Part shown: in pieces, positions 20,414 to 31,128 of the stretch
How positions within the stretch are numbered: position 1 is the first letter of the stretch
Layout of the letters: the number at the start of each line of letters is the position of its first letter
Source: Candidatus Acidiferrales bacterium
Lineage (GTDB): Bacteria; Acidobacteriota; Terriglobia; Acidiferrales; UBA7541
NCBI GenBank assembly: GCA_035604415.1
Contig: DATNIN010000068.1
Span: 6,102-70,101 of the forward strand
Length of the DNA stretch: 64,000 nucleotides
Direction of reading: 5' to 3'
The notes under the pieces: model-generated
The model's input: only the letters and a program-made list of their open reading frames with translations
The model's database searches: none
What the model was told of the DNA's origin: nothing
Made by a program: the position numbers and the translations under genes

Positions 20414-21259
20414 CTAAGCGCCGCTCGCTTGACCCTGCGGCACTTGTTCGGCTACCACTGTGAACTGCTTCAGGTTCGCGATTCCGAAGGATGTTGTCAT
20501 GGCAACGTCCGAGGCGTCGCGCCCTGTCGCCATCAGCACGCGTCCGATGCGCGGCTGGTTATGACGTGCGTCGAAAGTCCACCACCGATCTTCGAGATAC
20601 GCCTCAAACCATGCGCTGAAGTCCATGGGCAATGGGGAGGCCGGCACGCCGATATCGCCCAAATATCCCGTCGCGTAGCGCGCGGGAATATGCAGAGCGC
20701 GGCACAAAGTGACAGCAAGATGCTGGAAATCCCGGCAGACTCCGAAACTTTCTGTGTACACGTCCAAGGCAGTCTTTGTCGGCCGGGCGTATTCATATCC
20801 GAAGCGAATTCTTGAGTGTACCCAGTCGCAAACGGCCTGCACTCGCGACCATCCTCGAGGTACCCCGCCGAACAATTCCAGTGCAATCGTCGCGAATCTG
20901 TCGACCTCGCAGTAGCGGCTGTTGTAGAGGTAGCGCAGCGCATCGTGCGGCAGTTCCTGGACCGGAAGTTCACGCGCATAAGGATTCACGGGATCGGCCA
21001 GGCCGGAGTCATAAATCAGGGTCGAGTTGCTCAAGCGGAGCGTGCCCGGTTGCGCAACGAACCGGGTGCAGCGATTCCCGAAGCTATCGATATAACTCTC
21101 AAGCTGCGCCGCAGGTTCCACGCGCAATTCGTCCGGGGCGTGAAGATCCCCAACCCGGGAAGGATGCACGTTGAGCAACGCCACAATAGCCGTCGGGGCG
21201 GGAATCTCAAACTGGATGTCGTATCCCAGCCTCTGAATCATCGGTCCAATCGAATGCAT
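20414..21259 (-). CDS. Transglutaminase-like cysteine peptidase family protein
   Basis: 281 aa. Catalytic-core pattern GVCRDFQHLAVTLCRALHIPARYATGYL... Confidence 0.85.
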   Translation of the reverse strand: MHSIGPMIQRLGYDIQFEIPAPTAIVALLNVHPSRVGDLHAPDELRVEPAAQLESYIDSFGNRCTRFVAQPGTLRLSNSTLIYDSGLADPVNPYARELPVQELPHDALRYLYNSRYCEVDRFATIALELFGGVPRGWSRVQAVCDWVHSRIRFGYEYARPTKTALDVYTESFGVCRDFQHLAVTLCRALHIPARYATGYLGDIGVPASPLPMDFSAWFEAYLEDRWWTFDARHNQPRIGRVLMATGRDASDVAMTTSFGIANLKQFTVVAEQVPQGQASGA

Positions 21260-22031
21260 GTGGTCCGCCTCGTGACCCTTCCAATTGTGCCTGAATCGCG
21301 GCGTACTCGGAAGACAAGGTCCTCACCTCCGAAGCCATCGCGCGCAAATCGCGCGGTCTCCGCGTGCCGCCACAACACCGAGGTTGTCATCCCGAGCGAG
21401 GGCCGTTTTCTGGCCCGACGAGGGATCTGCTTTTGCCGTATGTGGCACAGGCACTCTCTCGCCCCGAGCACCGCCTAAGGGTGCCTGTGCGCTTCGCCCA
21501 TAGATAACCCTGGCGACACTTGGACGTACAACGCGCCGATCGGAAACTGACCGCCACGAAATCCGGTCTCCAGTGCCTCCAGATTCTTTACACAACAACA
21601 CCCTTGCAACACGTCCGCCTCGTGCTAACGTAATTTGGTCATGTTTGAATGGACAAAACTCGAAGGTGGTCAAAGGGACGCCACGGCGGGCAGCACCTCG
21701 CCAATGACGGCGCCCTCTTTCGTCCGGCCCGGTCAGTTCGCCGGCAGAAATCTGGCAAAATCAAGTGTCACACCATGCCAGGTCTTTTGCCTCCTAAGTC
21801 ATTCAAAACAAACGATCGGTGCACACAAGAAGTGTCACACTTTTGACGACCCGATGAGGGTCGTCATCCCGAGCGACCAACGGGAGCCGAGGGATCTCTC
21901 CTTGCGTCCTCGCATCCCTGCTTCCTGCTTCCCGGCTTCACTTCTAATCGACACACCGGCGATTAGAAATGGTCGTAACTTGCTGAAAATGAGGGATGGA
22001 GGTCGTTTCTAATCGACACAGAACCGAGACC

Positions 22032-23600
22032 ATGAGCAAACGACCCAAGCCCATCGTGCTCACCGTCCTCGACGGCTGGGGCTACCGCGCCGAAACCAAG
22101 GGCAACGCCATCGCACTCGCGCGGAAGCCCAATTACGATCGCCTGCTGAAGGATTTCCCGAACACGCTGATTCACACCTCTGGACCATACGTCGGCCTCC
22201 CCGAAGGGCAGATGGGAAATAGCGAAGTGGGCCACCTCAACATGGGCGCGGGCCGCATCGTGCAGATGGACATCACGCGCGTCGAACAGCTCATCTCGAG
22301 CGGCGAACTTTTCCGCCAGCCCCTGCTACTCGAAGCGATGGAGCGCGGCCGCACGCGCCAGTTGCACTTGATCGGCCTCTTGAGCGACGGCGGCGTCCAT
22401 TCCCACATCCAGCATCTCTTCGCGCTCCTGCGCATGGCGCGCGAAAACAAGGTCGAGAAAGTTTTCGTCCACTGCTTCATGGACGGCCGCGATACGCCGC
22501 CTGAAAGCGGCATCGACTTCCTCCGCCAGCTCGAGCAGAAGATGCGCGAACTCGGCATCGGCCAGATCGCCAGCGTCATCGGCCGCTACTACGCGATGGA
22601 CCGCGACAACCGATGGGAGCGCGTCGAAAAAGCCTACCGCGCGATGGTCCATGGCGATGCCGAAGCGAAATTCAGCGACCCGATCGCCGCGATTCGCGCG
22701 AGCTACGAAAAAGGCGTCACTGACGAGTTCGTCCTGCCTGCGGTCATCACGACGCAAGCCGCGCCCGGCAAGCCCGCCGTCCCGCGCGGCCCGATCCACG
22801 ACGACGATGCCGTGATCTTTTACAATTTCCGCGCGGACCGCGCCCGCCAGATCACGCGCGCGCTCATCGAGCCCGGCTTCAAGGAATTTCCCGATCCCTC
22901 GCGTCCGAAGAATCTCGTGTACGTCGGCATGACGCAGTATGAAAAGACTTGGCCGTGGCTGCGCTACATCCTCGCGCCCGAAAAACTGGAGCACATCCTC
23001 GTCAACGTCTTCGCCGAGCTGGAATTCAAGAATCTCCGCGTGGCGGAGACGGAAAAGTACGCGCACGTCACCTATTTTTTCAACGGCGGCGTCGAAAAGC
23101 CGTTTGCGGGCGAGGAGCGTGTGCTCGTGCCTTCGCCGAAAGTTCCCACGTATGACCTGAAACCAGAGATGTCCGCTGCCGGCGTCGCCGATGCCGTGAT
23201 CAAGGCCGTCGAAAAAGGCGACTTCGACGCCATCATCATGAATTTCGCGAATGCGGACATGGTCGGGCACTCAGGCAAGCTCGAAGCCACCATCAAAGCG
23301 TGCGAAACCGTGGACGCGTGCCTGGGGAAAATCTTTCAGGCGCTCCGCCCGCGCGGAGGCGCGTGGATCATCACGGCCGACCACGGCAACGCCGAGACCA
23401 TGATCGATCCCGTGACTGGCGGCCCTCACACGTACCACACCACGAATCCCGTGCCGTTCATTCTGATCACCGAGGATGGCCGCACGCAGTTGAAGCCCGG
23501 CGGCTCGCTCCGCGACGTCGCGCCCACGCTGCTCGGCGTGCTCGGCGTCCCAGAGCCGCGCGAAATGACCGGCCGCGACCTGCGAAGGAATGAAAAATGA
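22032..23600 (+). CDS. gpmI: 2,3-bisphosphoglycerate-independent phosphoglycerate mutase
   Basis: Start at [18 protein letters not shown]. Contains [14 protein letters not shown] and ADHGNAE motifs. Confidence 0.95.
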   Translation: MSKRPKPIVLTVLDGWGYRAETKGNAIALARKPNYDRLLKDFPNTLIHTSGPYVGLPEGQMGNSEVGHLNMGAGRIVQMDITRVEQLISSGELFRQPLLLEAMERGRTRQLHLIGLLSDGGVHSHIQHLFALLRMARENKVEKVFVHCFMDGRDTPPESGIDFLRQLEQKMRELGIGQIASVIGRYYAMDRDNRWERVEKAYRAMVHGDAEAKFSDPIAAIRASYEKGVTDEFVLPAVITTQAAPGKPAVPRGPIHDDDAVIFYNFRADRARQITRALIEPGFKEFPDPSRPKNLVYVGMTQYEKTWPWLRYILAPEKLEHILVNVFAELEFKNLRVAETEKYAHVTYFFNGGVEKPFAGEERVLVPSPKVPTYDLKPEMSAAGVADAVIKAVEKGDFDAIIMNFANADMVGHSGKLEATIKACETVDACLGKIFQALRPRGGAWIITADHGNAETMIDPVTGGPHTYHTTNPVPFILITEDGRTQLKPGGSLRDVAPTLLGVLGVPEPREMTGRDLRRNEK

Positions 23601-23833
23601 AGGCGATTCAATCGCATCATACTTCCGTGCGCGGCGATGAGCCGCGTCAAGGGCGCGATCCCATTGCAAACATGAGTTCGCTCGTCATCACGGGCAGCGC
23701 CATCGGCGGCGTTCTCTCCATCGGCCTATTTGTGGTGGTCTGGGGGGCCCTTCCGGTTGCTCGGCCCTTCCTAATTGCCGCTTTGGCCGCCGGTGGGATT
23801 TTCGGTTTCATTCTGTGGCTCAGGCGACGGTAA
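23597..23833 (+). CDS. Small hypothetical membrane protein (two predicted TM helices)
   Basis: The ATG overlaps the gpmI stop (ATGA). Hydrophobic stretches [23 protein letters not shown] and [18 protein letters not shown]. An alternative start lies at 23672. Confidence 0.35.
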   Translation: MKAIQSHHTSVRGDEPRQGRDPIANMSSLVITGSAIGGVLSIGLFVVVWGALPVARPFLIAALAAGGIFGFILWLRRR

Positions 23834-23897
23834 GAAAGATGAGCTCCGTTGCTTCTGGCGGTCTCTCGTTCGGTAGAATGTTGCCGGGGGGAATGTC

Positions 23898-25166
23898 ATG
23901 CCTACCGCTGTGCACGGCGAGCTGAACGTCTACGAATCGGCGGAAGCCCGCTTCGAAATTGCCGCTCAGAAGCTGGGACTCGAAGAGGGCGTTTACCGCT
24001 ACATGAAGTATCCCGAAAGAGAAATCACCGTATACATCCCGGTCGCGATGGATAGCGGCCGATTGGAAGTTTTCACGGGCTATCGCGTGCTGCACTCGAC
24101 GGTCCGCGGGCCCGGCAAGGGCGGCATCCGGTTCGCGCCCGACGTTTCGCTCGACGAAGTCCGCGCTCTCGCCGCCTGGATGACCTGGAAGTGCGCGGTC
24201 GTCAATATTCCCTTCGGCGGGGCGAAGGGCGGAGTCATCTGCGACCCGACAAAACTCTCGAAGGCCGAGCTCGAGCGCGTCACGCGCCGCTACACAGCTG
24301 CTCTCTCCGACTGGTTCGGACCCGAGCGCGACATCCCGGCTCCGGACATCGGTACCAACGAGCAAACCATGGCCTGGGTGATGGACACCTACTCGATGCA
24401 CGTGCATCAGGCCACCACGGCAGTCGTCACCGGGAAGCCCCTGGAATTGGGCGGGTCGCAGGGACGCAAGGAAGCAACCGGCCGCGGATTGATGATCTGC
24501 TGCAACAAGGCGATCGAAAAGCTCAAGATGAAGCGGGAGAGCTGCCGCGTGATCATTCAGGGATTCGGCAACGTCGGCTCGCAGGCAGGACTCTTGATGC
24601 ACGCAGCCGGATACAAGATCATCGGCGCGGCGGATATTCACGGTGGCCTCTACAACGAAAAAGGCATCGACATCCCGAAACTTTACGACTGGGTTTATAC
24701 GCAGAAGAAACCTCTGCCGGAATTCCCCGGGGGCGGAGAAAAAACGACGGCGCAGGAAATTCTCTTCCGCCCCTGCGACATTCTCATGCCCGCCGCCACG
24801 GAAAATCAGATCACCGCGCAGAACGCCCACCGCGTGGACTGCCGCATTCTCTGCGAAGGCGCCAACGGCCCCACCACGTCGCACGCCGACCCGATCATCG
24901 AGAAGAAAGGAATTTTCATCATTCCGGACATTCTCGCAAACGCCGGCGGCGTCACGGTCAGCTACTTCGAATGGGTGCAGGACCGCCAGGGATTCTTCTG
25001 GCGCGAAAGTGAAGTGAACGAACGTCTTCAGGACGTGATGGAAAACAGCTTCGATCAGGTGGTGCGTTACGCGGAAGCGCACTCCGTGAACAACCGCATC
25101 GCCGCCTACATCATGGCCATCGATCGCGTTGCGCGAGCCTTGAAATTGAGAGGGTTTTATGCGTAA
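23898..25166 (+). CDS. gdhA: Glutamate dehydrogenase (Glu/Leu/Phe/Val dehydrogenase family)
   Basis: 422 aa with the PFGGAKGG catalytic motif and the NAD(P) fold IQGFGNVG. Confidence 0.93.
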   Translation: MPTAVHGELNVYESAEARFEIAAQKLGLEEGVYRYMKYPEREITVYIPVAMDSGRLEVFTGYRVLHSTVRGPGKGGIRFAPDVSLDEVRALAAWMTWKCAVVNIPFGGAKGGVICDPTKLSKAELERVTRRYTAALSDWFGPERDIPAPDIGTNEQTMAWVMDTYSMHVHQATTAVVTGKPLELGGSQGRKEATGRGLMICCNKAIEKLKMKRESCRVIIQGFGNVGSQAGLLMHAAGYKIIGAADIHGGLYNEKGIDIPKLYDWVYTQKKPLPEFPGGGEKTTAQEILFRPCDILMPAATENQITAQNAHRVDCRILCEGANGPTTSHADPIIEKKGIFIIPDILANAGGVTVSYFEWVQDRQGFFWRESEVNERLQDVMENSFDQVVRYAEAHSVNNRIAAYIMAIDRVARALKLRGFYA

Positions 25167-26012
25167 ATGGCGCCCCGCTCAAAGGGGTCAGGGGGGGCGC
25201 CAATGCAACACGACTCGATCTCGCACGGTGCTGTGAAGACCGAAGAAGAACACCGCCGCGACATCTGCACCGCGGGCCGCTGGATTCACGAGCGCGGCTA
25301 CGTCGCCTCGACCGACGGAAATATCTCCGTGCGGCTGGGCCCGGACCGCATCCTCATCTCCGCAACTGCCATGTGCAAGAGCATGATGGAGCCGGGCGAC
25401 CTGATCGTCATCGATCGCGAAGGCCGCCGCGTGAGCGGGATGCGGCAGCCGTCCTCCGAGCTGGCCATGCATCTTTTGATCTACAGGCTCCGGCCCGACG
25501 TCAATGCGGTCTGCCACGCGCATCCGCCCACGGCGACAGGATACGCGGCAGCCGGCCTTCCGCTCGATAAACCGATCTTGTGCGAGCTCGTTATCGGGCT
25601 GGGGCGTATTCCCGTGGCTCCCTACGGCACGCCCGGGACCGCCGAACTCACGGCGGAGATCGAGCCGTTCGTGCAGGGCCACGACGCGATCCTGATGGCG
25701 AATCACGGCGTGGTCACATACGGGCCGGATCTGCTGACCGCTTTCCTGCACATGGAGACCACCGAGCATTTTGCGCGTGTCTCGCTCGTGACGGAACTGC
25801 TGGGCAAGCAAGTGTTGCTTTCCGGGAGGGACGTCGAGAAATTGGAGGCGGCTCGCGCTCGTTACGGCGCCGATACCCAACCCGCGGCCCCTGCCGCTCC
25901 GATCGATTCCGTCCATTCCGATGGCGGCCCCACCGGACGCGTCACGCTCACGCGCCGTGAACTCGAGACCTTGATCGACGAAGCCGTCCGCAGGGACCGC
26001 ACTCTCCGGTGA
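25167..26012 (+). CDS. Class II aldolase/adducin family protein
   Basis: STDGNISVR, ELAMHL and VCHAHPPTATGYA motifs. An alternative start lies at 25203 (MQHDS). Confidence 0.85.
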   Translation: MAPRSKGSGGAPMQHDSISHGAVKTEEEHRRDICTAGRWIHERGYVASTDGNISVRLGPDRILISATAMCKSMMEPGDLIVIDREGRRVSGMRQPSSELAMHLLIYRLRPDVNAVCHAHPPTATGYAAAGLPLDKPILCELVIGLGRIPVAPYGTPGTAELTAEIEPFVQGHDAILMANHGVVTYGPDLLTAFLHMETTEHFARVSLVTELLGKQVLLSGRDVEKLEAARARYGADTQPAAPAAPIDSVHSDGGPTGRVTLTRRELETLIDEAVRRDRTLR

Positions 26013-26073
26013 ACTGATCTTCACAACTGCCAGTCCACCCTGCAAGTTCGGGCTGGACCGAGCGCTCTCTTGT

Positions 26074-26427
26074 TTACTCCGCGATTTCGACGTAGCGCAT
26101 CTTGCCGCCGAAATGGATTTCCTTGAGATGGTCGCCGAGCGTCACGATCTTGGAATACCGCGCCTTGCTCGGCTCGTCCTTCCATTGCACGGGCGCCTCG
26201 GCCACCACTTTGCCGTTCTGCGCAAGCGTCACTCTCGCGTCGTCCGCTGTGATGTTGTACGTTCCGGGCTTGAGCTGCTTGCCGGCCAGCGACACCGATA
26301 TCGAAATATCCAGAGTCGCGCTGGTTGATTTCCCATTTTTCGCTCCAGCGTCGCGAGCCACGGCGGGCATCGCCAGCACCAGTGCGATGAAGATCGGCAC
26401 GAAAAGATTCAATCCATGGCGGGACAT
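26074..26427 (-). CDS. Small secreted hypothetical protein
   Basis: 117 aa with signal peptide MSRHGLNLFVPIFIALVLAMPAVA. The longer 241-aa track ORF was trimmed to this start. Confidence 0.55.
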   Translation of the reverse strand: MSRHGLNLFVPIFIALVLAMPAVARDAGAKNGKSTSATLDISISVSLAGKQLKPGTYNITADDARVTLAQNGKVVAEAPVQWKDEPSKARYSKIVTLGDHLKEIHFGGKMRYVEIAE

Positions 26428-26673
26428 TGTTCGTTCCTCCTCGATCGGATCCACCCCTTGCGTGCAGTTAGACGCGGGGCGTTTCGCGAGGAAAGCAAAG
26501 CGGCGCGATTTGCGAAGATTGTTTTGCCGGGCCAATTTGGCATTTCGAAATTGCGTAGAAAAGTGTCCGCATCCGAATTTTCGTATGCGCGCGCGAAGTT
26601 CTGCATGCGAGCGGCGCACCGCACCGCGTGGCCGCGTTGACACCCTCCTGTCCCTAACCGATAATCGCTCGAC

Positions 26674-27297
26674 ATGATTGGCTCGCTCCGCGGCAAGCTG
26701 ATTGACAAGCGTCCCAACCAGATTCTGCTCGACGTGAGCGGCGTGGGCTATCAGGTGCAGATTCCGCTTTCGACCTTCGCCGGCCTCGGCGCGCTCCACG
26801 ACGAAACCACGCTACTGATCCACACGCACGTGCGCGAGGATCAGTTCTCGCTCTACGGATTTCTCACCGCGCGCGAAAAACACTGCTTCGAACTGCTGCT
26901 GACTGCTTCGGGTGTAGGCCCGTCTCTGGCGCTGAAAATTCTTTCCGGAATGGGCCTCGAGGATCTGGTCCCTGCGATCCGCAAAGGGGACGTCGCGCTG
27001 CTGGTGCGCATTCCGGGCGTGGGCAAGAAGACCGCGGAGCGCATCGTCGTCGAACTGCGCGATAGGCTCGCCGCAGTGGACGTTCCCGAAACCGGGAAGC
27101 CGGCCACGCGCTCGCAGCTTGAAGCCGACGTGGCGTCGGCCCTCGTCAATCTCGGCTACGAACAGCGATCGGTCGAGCGAGCCGTTGAACAAGCGCGCGC
27201 CGCGGGCGACGCCGACTTCGAAAAACTCTTGCGGGCGTCGCTGCGAATTCTCGGCAGCTCTGCGATGCACAAGGGTGCGCGGGCGGGGCAGTCGTGA
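26674..27297 (+). CDS. ruvA: Holliday junction branch migration complex subunit RuvA
   Basis: MIGSLRGKLIDK..., the HhH motifs (IPGVGKKTAERI) and C-terminal domain III. Confidence 0.95.
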   Translation: MIGSLRGKLIDKRPNQILLDVSGVGYQVQIPLSTFAGLGALHDETTLLIHTHVREDQFSLYGFLTAREKHCFELLLTASGVGPSLALKILSGMGLEDLVPAIRKGDVALLVRIPGVGKKTAERIVVELRDRLAAVDVPETGKPATRSQLEADVASALVNLGYEQRSVERAVEQARAAGDADFEKLLRASLRILGSSAMHKGARAGQS

Positions 27298-27356
27298 GCC
27301 GGCCGCGCGATTTCAGGAATTAGGGTTGACCATACCAAGGGCTACGGAGAACTCAC

Positions 27357-27674
27357 ATGCGAAAGGAGGCGGAAATGGTACGCATTGTCTGGGAATTCAT
27401 GGCGCGCGCGGATCGAGTGCAAGAGTTCGAGCATTACTACGCAAATTCCGGCCCCTGGGCGGCGCTGTTTCGCAAGAATGCGGGCTATCACGGCACCCTG
27501 CTGCTCCGCGACGCGGAGAATCCGCGCCGCTACCTCACGATCGACCGCTGGGAGAGCGTCGCTTCGCACGGCGCCATGCGCAAGCGTTTCGCAAGGGAGT
27601 GGGAAGAATTGGACCGCGCCGGCGAAGCTTTCACCGAGAGCGAACGGCGCAGCGGCGTTTTCGAAGAGGCGTAG
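27357..27674 (+). CDS. Antibiotic biosynthesis monooxygenase (ABM) domain protein
   Basis: About 100 aa with a ferredoxin-like ABM pattern (IVWEF..., YLTIDRWES...). Lies between ruvA and ruvB. Confidence 0.7.
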   Translation: MRKEAEMVRIVWEFMARADRVQEFEHYYANSGPWAALFRKNAGYHGTLLLRDAENPRRYLTIDRWESVASHGAMRKRFAREWEELDRAGEAFTESERRSGVFEEA

Positions 27675-27687
27675 GCTTGCGGAGAAA

Positions 27688-28713
27688 ATGACCGATCCAC
27701 GACATCGCGTGATTTCCGGAAAAGCGCTCGACGAGGACGCGCGCATCGAGGCGAGCGTCCGCCCGGCCAGCTTCGGCGACTACATCGGCCAGGACCGCGT
27801 GAAGGAAAATCTCCAGATCGCCGTCCAAGCGGCGCGCGCGCGCGGCGAAGCCCTCGACCACGTCCTGCTCTACGGCCCGCCGGGCCTCGGCAAGACCACG
27901 CTCGCGCAAATCCTCGCTACTGAAATGGGTTCGTCGATCAAGATCAGCTCCGGGCCGCTGCTCGAAAAGAAAGGCGATCTCACCGCGGTGCTCACGTCGC
28001 TCGACCCGCGCGATTTTCTTTTCCTGGACGAAATCCACCGCCTCCAGCCCGCGCTCGAGGAAATCCTCTATCCCGCTATGGAGGATTTTCGCGTAGACCT
28101 GATCATCGGGCAGGGTCCCGGCGCGCGCGTCCATCCGTATCAGCTGAACCAGTTCACTTTGATCGGCGCGACCACGCGCGCGGGCCTGATCATGGCGCCG
28201 CTGCGGTCGCGCTTCGGCATCGTGCACCGGCTGGATTTCTACACGCCGGAAGATTTGGAGAAAATCGTCACGCGCTCGGCGCGGATTCTCGGCATCACGA
28301 TAGATAAGGACGGCGCCGTCGAAATCGCGCGGCGCAGCCGCGGCACTCCGCGCGTGGCGAATCGCCTGCTGCGGCGGGTCCGCGATTATGCGGAGGTTCG
28401 CGCCAAAGGCCACGTCACGCTCGGGGTCGCGCGCGATGCGCTGAAAATGCTTGGCGTGGACGAGCACGGCCTCGACGAGACCGACCGCAACCTGCTGCTC
28501 ACGATCATCCAGAAATATTCCGGCGGGCCGGTGGGACTCAACACGATTGCCGCGTCGCTGAGCGAGGAAGAAGATGCCATCGAGGAAATCTACGAGCCGT
28601 ACCTGATGCAGCTCGGGCTGCTCGACCGCACGCAGCGCGGCCGCGTCGCCACCGCGCTCGCGTACAAGCATTTCGGTATGGAAGAACCTCGCCGCCAGCC
28701 GGGCCTCTTTTAA
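27688..28713 (+). CDS. ruvB: Holliday junction DNA helicase RuvB
   Basis: Start at MTDPRHR. Contains Walker [19 protein letters not shown] and [16 protein letters not shown]. Confidence 0.96.
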   Translation: MTDPRHRVISGKALDEDARIEASVRPASFGDYIGQDRVKENLQIAVQAARARGEALDHVLLYGPPGLGKTTLAQILATEMGSSIKISSGPLLEKKGDLTAVLTSLDPRDFLFLDEIHRLQPALEEILYPAMEDFRVDLIIGQGPGARVHPYQLNQFTLIGATTRAGLIMAPLRSRFGIVHRLDFYTPEDLEKIVTRSARILGITIDKDGAVEIARRSRGTPRVANRLLRRVRDYAEVRAKGHVTLGVARDALKMLGVDEHGLDETDRNLLLTIIQKYSGGPVGLNTIAASLSEEEDAIEEIYEPYLMQLGLLDRTQRGRVATALAYKHFGMEEPRRQPGLF

Positions 28714-28724
28714 CTGGTCTAGAA

Positions 28725-29366
28725 ATGATGATTCCCGGCCCGATCACCGCGGTACTTATGCTGACTGCCGCGCGCAGCTTGCGGCGCTGGATCGTCCACC
28801 TTGGCGGCCTAGGCCTGATTTTCCTCGGGCTTCTGGACAGCTCCATCATTCCGATTCCCGGCAGCATGGACGTGGTGACGATCATTTTGTCCGCCCGCCA
28901 GCAGGAGTGGTGGTTTTACTACGCCTTGATGGCGACGGCAGGCTCGGTGATTGGAGGTTTCGTCACATACCGGCTGGCTCGCAAAGGCGGGAAGGAAACG
29001 CTCGAGCGCAGGTTGTCGCGCAGGCATGTGGATAGAGTTCAAAGGATCTTCGAACGATGGGGGTTCAGCGCCATCGCCATCCCAGCTTTGCTGCCGCCGC
29101 CGGCGCCGATGGTTCCATTTGTGCTCGCCGCCGGCGCCATGCGATATCCGGTAAGAAAATTTCTGGCCGCGATGACACTTGGCCGAATCATTCGATACAC
29201 AATCCTGGCCTATCTGGCCGCGCGCTATGGACGGAAGATCATCGCGTTCATCGCGAAGCACGGCCACCCCGTCGCATTGACGGTCGCCGGCGTGCTGATT
29301 GTCACTGCTCTTGTGGCATTCTTTTTCTGGCGCGGACGCAGGAGCAGCGAGCGGACAGCGAGTTAG
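28725..29366 (+). CDS. YqaA/DedA-related (SNARE-associated) membrane protein
   Basis: 213 aa with multiple TM helices. LDSSIIPIPGSMDVV motif. Confidence 0.75.
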   Translation: MMIPGPITAVLMLTAARSLRRWIVHLGGLGLIFLGLLDSSIIPIPGSMDVVTIILSARQQEWWFYYALMATAGSVIGGFVTYRLARKGGKETLERRLSRRHVDRVQRIFERWGFSAIAIPALLPPPAPMVPFVLAAGAMRYPVRKFLAAMTLGRIIRYTILAYLAARYGRKIIAFIAKHGHPVALTVAGVLIVTALVAFFFWRGRRSSERTAS

Positions 29367-29370
29367 TCGG

Positions 29371-29871
29371 ATGAAGACGATTCATCTATCGCTGGGATCG
29401 AACATGGGGGAGCGCGCGCAGAATATCGCGCGGGCGGTCGAGGCGCTGGGCATGCGTGGAGTGCGAGTGACGTGGCAATCGTCGCTCTACGAGACGGAGC
29501 CGGTGGATGTTCGCGGCGGAGGCTGGTTCTTGAACTGCGTGGTTGAGGCGGAAACGGAGATGATGCCGCGGCAACTGATGAACGCGCTGCTCGCGATCGA
29601 GCGGTCGATGGGGCGCAGCCGACGTCCTGTGTCCGACGGGCCGAAAGAGCCGCGCACGATCGACATGGACATTCTGCTCTTCGGCTCGACCGTGGTTCAC
29701 ATGCCGGAGCTGGAGATTCCTCATCCGCGGATGGCCGAGAGAAGGTTTGTGCTCGTGCCGCTGGCCGAGATCGCGGGCGGCGTCGAACATCCGGTGCTCA
29801 AGAAGACGATTGCCGAGCTTCTTGCGAAAACGCGGGACAAGAGTCAGGTGAAACGCTGGGTGCAGGAGTAG
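29371..29871 (+). CDS. folK: 2-amino-4-hydroxy-6-hydroxymethyldihydropteridine diphosphokinase
   Basis: Start at MKTIHLSLGSNMG. Contains RTIDMDILLF, IPHPRMAERRFVLVPL. Confidence 0.9.
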   Translation: MKTIHLSLGSNMGERAQNIARAVEALGMRGVRVTWQSSLYETEPVDVRGGGWFLNCVVEAETEMMPRQLMNALLAIERSMGRSRRPVSDGPKEPRTIDMDILLFGSTVVHMPELEIPHPRMAERRFVLVPLAEIAGGVEHPVLKKTIAELLAKTRDKSQVKRWVQE

Positions 29872-29941
29872 GAGAAAGGCTTTGGCGGGCAGGGAGAAGT
29901 TCCTCGCCCCGATTCTTTTCAAGATTCCAACGGCTTTCGGC

Positions 29942-30283
29942 CTAGCTGCTTGCTGCTGCTTGTGAAAGAAGTTCCCTTAGCGCAGCTGCCTGTTCGGCGG
30001 TCAGTCTAATTGGAAACATGTGGTAGCTCGCTATGGACCGGTTCACGACTTCAATTCCGACTGTGGGTGCTCCAGGTTCTCGCGATCCTAAATGGTGGAG
30101 TTTCAGCGTCGTGTGCATCGGGCCGCTCTTTCCCAAGTCCAGCTCCCCGACAGTTCTTGTGATTGGTGCTCCAAATATTGCGCCTTTCAGCCCTCGATTC
30201 TTCTTCGCTTGATAAAGGAAATTCGCCGCAACAAGTGCTGCCAGCGCCCAAAAGCCATAAATCATGAATTCCGGCTTCATCAC
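29942..30283 (-). CDS. Hypothetical small membrane-anchored protein
   Basis: 113 aa with an N-terminal TM helix (IYGFWALAALVAANFLY). Lies 16 nt downstream of the receiver-like gene on the same strand. Confidence 0.45.
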   Translation of the reverse strand: MMKPEFMIYGFWALAALVAANFLYQAKKNRGLKGAIFGAPITRTVGELDLGKSGPMHTTLKLHHLGSREPGAPTVGIEVVNRSIASYHMFPIRLTAEQAAALRELLSQAAASS

Positions 30284-30298
30284 GCTCCCTCCTCCTCG

Positions 30299-31012
30299 TC
30301 AGCCTCTGCCCAGATCTTTCATGTTTTTCACTTCTTTTTCGCGCTTCTTCTTGTCTTCTTCTTCCTGGCGCTCCCACTCGATCATCTCTTCTTCGGTCAT
30401 CTGGTAGTCCTCGCGCGTGGCAAACATCGTGCCGCGGCGGGAATCGCGGGAGAAGCGGGTGTTCCGGTTGCGCCGCTTGCCCGCTCCAAAGCCGCCGATG
30501 CTGCGGATCGGTTCGGCGATGGCGCCGGCCTCCACCAGAAGCTCGCTGACCTTTTCGAGAAAATCGTGCAGGTGATACGGCTTGAACGAGTAGGGAAGAC
30601 CTTCGCGCTCGAGGACCGGCTGGACGTTCTTGGCCATGGTCATGGGCACCAGAAAGAGCGAGCGGATATGTTTTCGGGGGCTTGGCTCTTCCCCTTCGAT
30701 GGGAGGGGCGGGGGTCTCGGAATCGGCCTCGGCAAGCTCGCGCAGGATGGCGAAGAGCGGCCCGCGGACGTCCGCGAGGGCCACGTTGACGATGGCCAGA
30801 TTCCAGCTTCCGGTGGCCAGCTCGGACAGGGCGTCGGCGGCGACCGGAACGATCCGGACGCGCCAACCCTCAGAATCGAGGACGTTTTTCAGTGCCTGCT
30901 GGCTGGTGACATCGTCATCGACGATCAGGATCCCTACTTGGGGCACGGGCAAAGTCTCCAGGGGTCGCCTCTCCAGTATATCGGCCGCCGGGGAAGGGCG
31001 GATTAAGGGCAT
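30299..31012 (-). CDS. Receiver-like (pseudo-receiver) domain protein with highly charged C-terminal tail
   Basis: Start set at MPLIRPS (31012). GILIVDDDVTSQ and a KP motif are present, but the position expected for the phospho-acceptor Asp reads LAIVNVALAD. The tail is EEEMIEWERQEEEDKKKREKE. Confidence 0.55.
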   Translation of the reverse strand: MPLIRPSPAADILERRPLETLPVPQVGILIVDDDVTSQQALKNVLDSEGWRVRIVPVAADALSELATGSWNLAIVNVALADVRGPLFAILRELAEADSETPAPPIEGEEPSPRKHIRSLFLVPMTMAKNVQPVLEREGLPYSFKPYHLHDFLEKVSELLVEAGAIAEPIRSIGGFGAGKRRNRNTRFSRDSRRGTMFATREDYQMTEEEMIEWERQEEEDKKKREKEVKNMKDLGRG

Positions 31013-31128
31013 GCGGGGGGATTTCCAGGGGCGATCTTGTACGGGCGACCAGCGAAACAAAAGCGAAATGTTTCTCTTGACAGGCGAAAGAAAAGCGAAT
31101 ACATTCGGCGCGTGCGGCGAGGCTGCCA

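Noticed and set aside
21323-22012. ORFs 21323-21673 (-) and 21635-22012 (+) in the transglutaminase-gpmI spacer.
   Set aside because: Their translations run through the repeat elements (for example ...VVIPSDQREPRDL...), and they have no start context and no family resemblance. I treated the region as non-coding repeat DNA.
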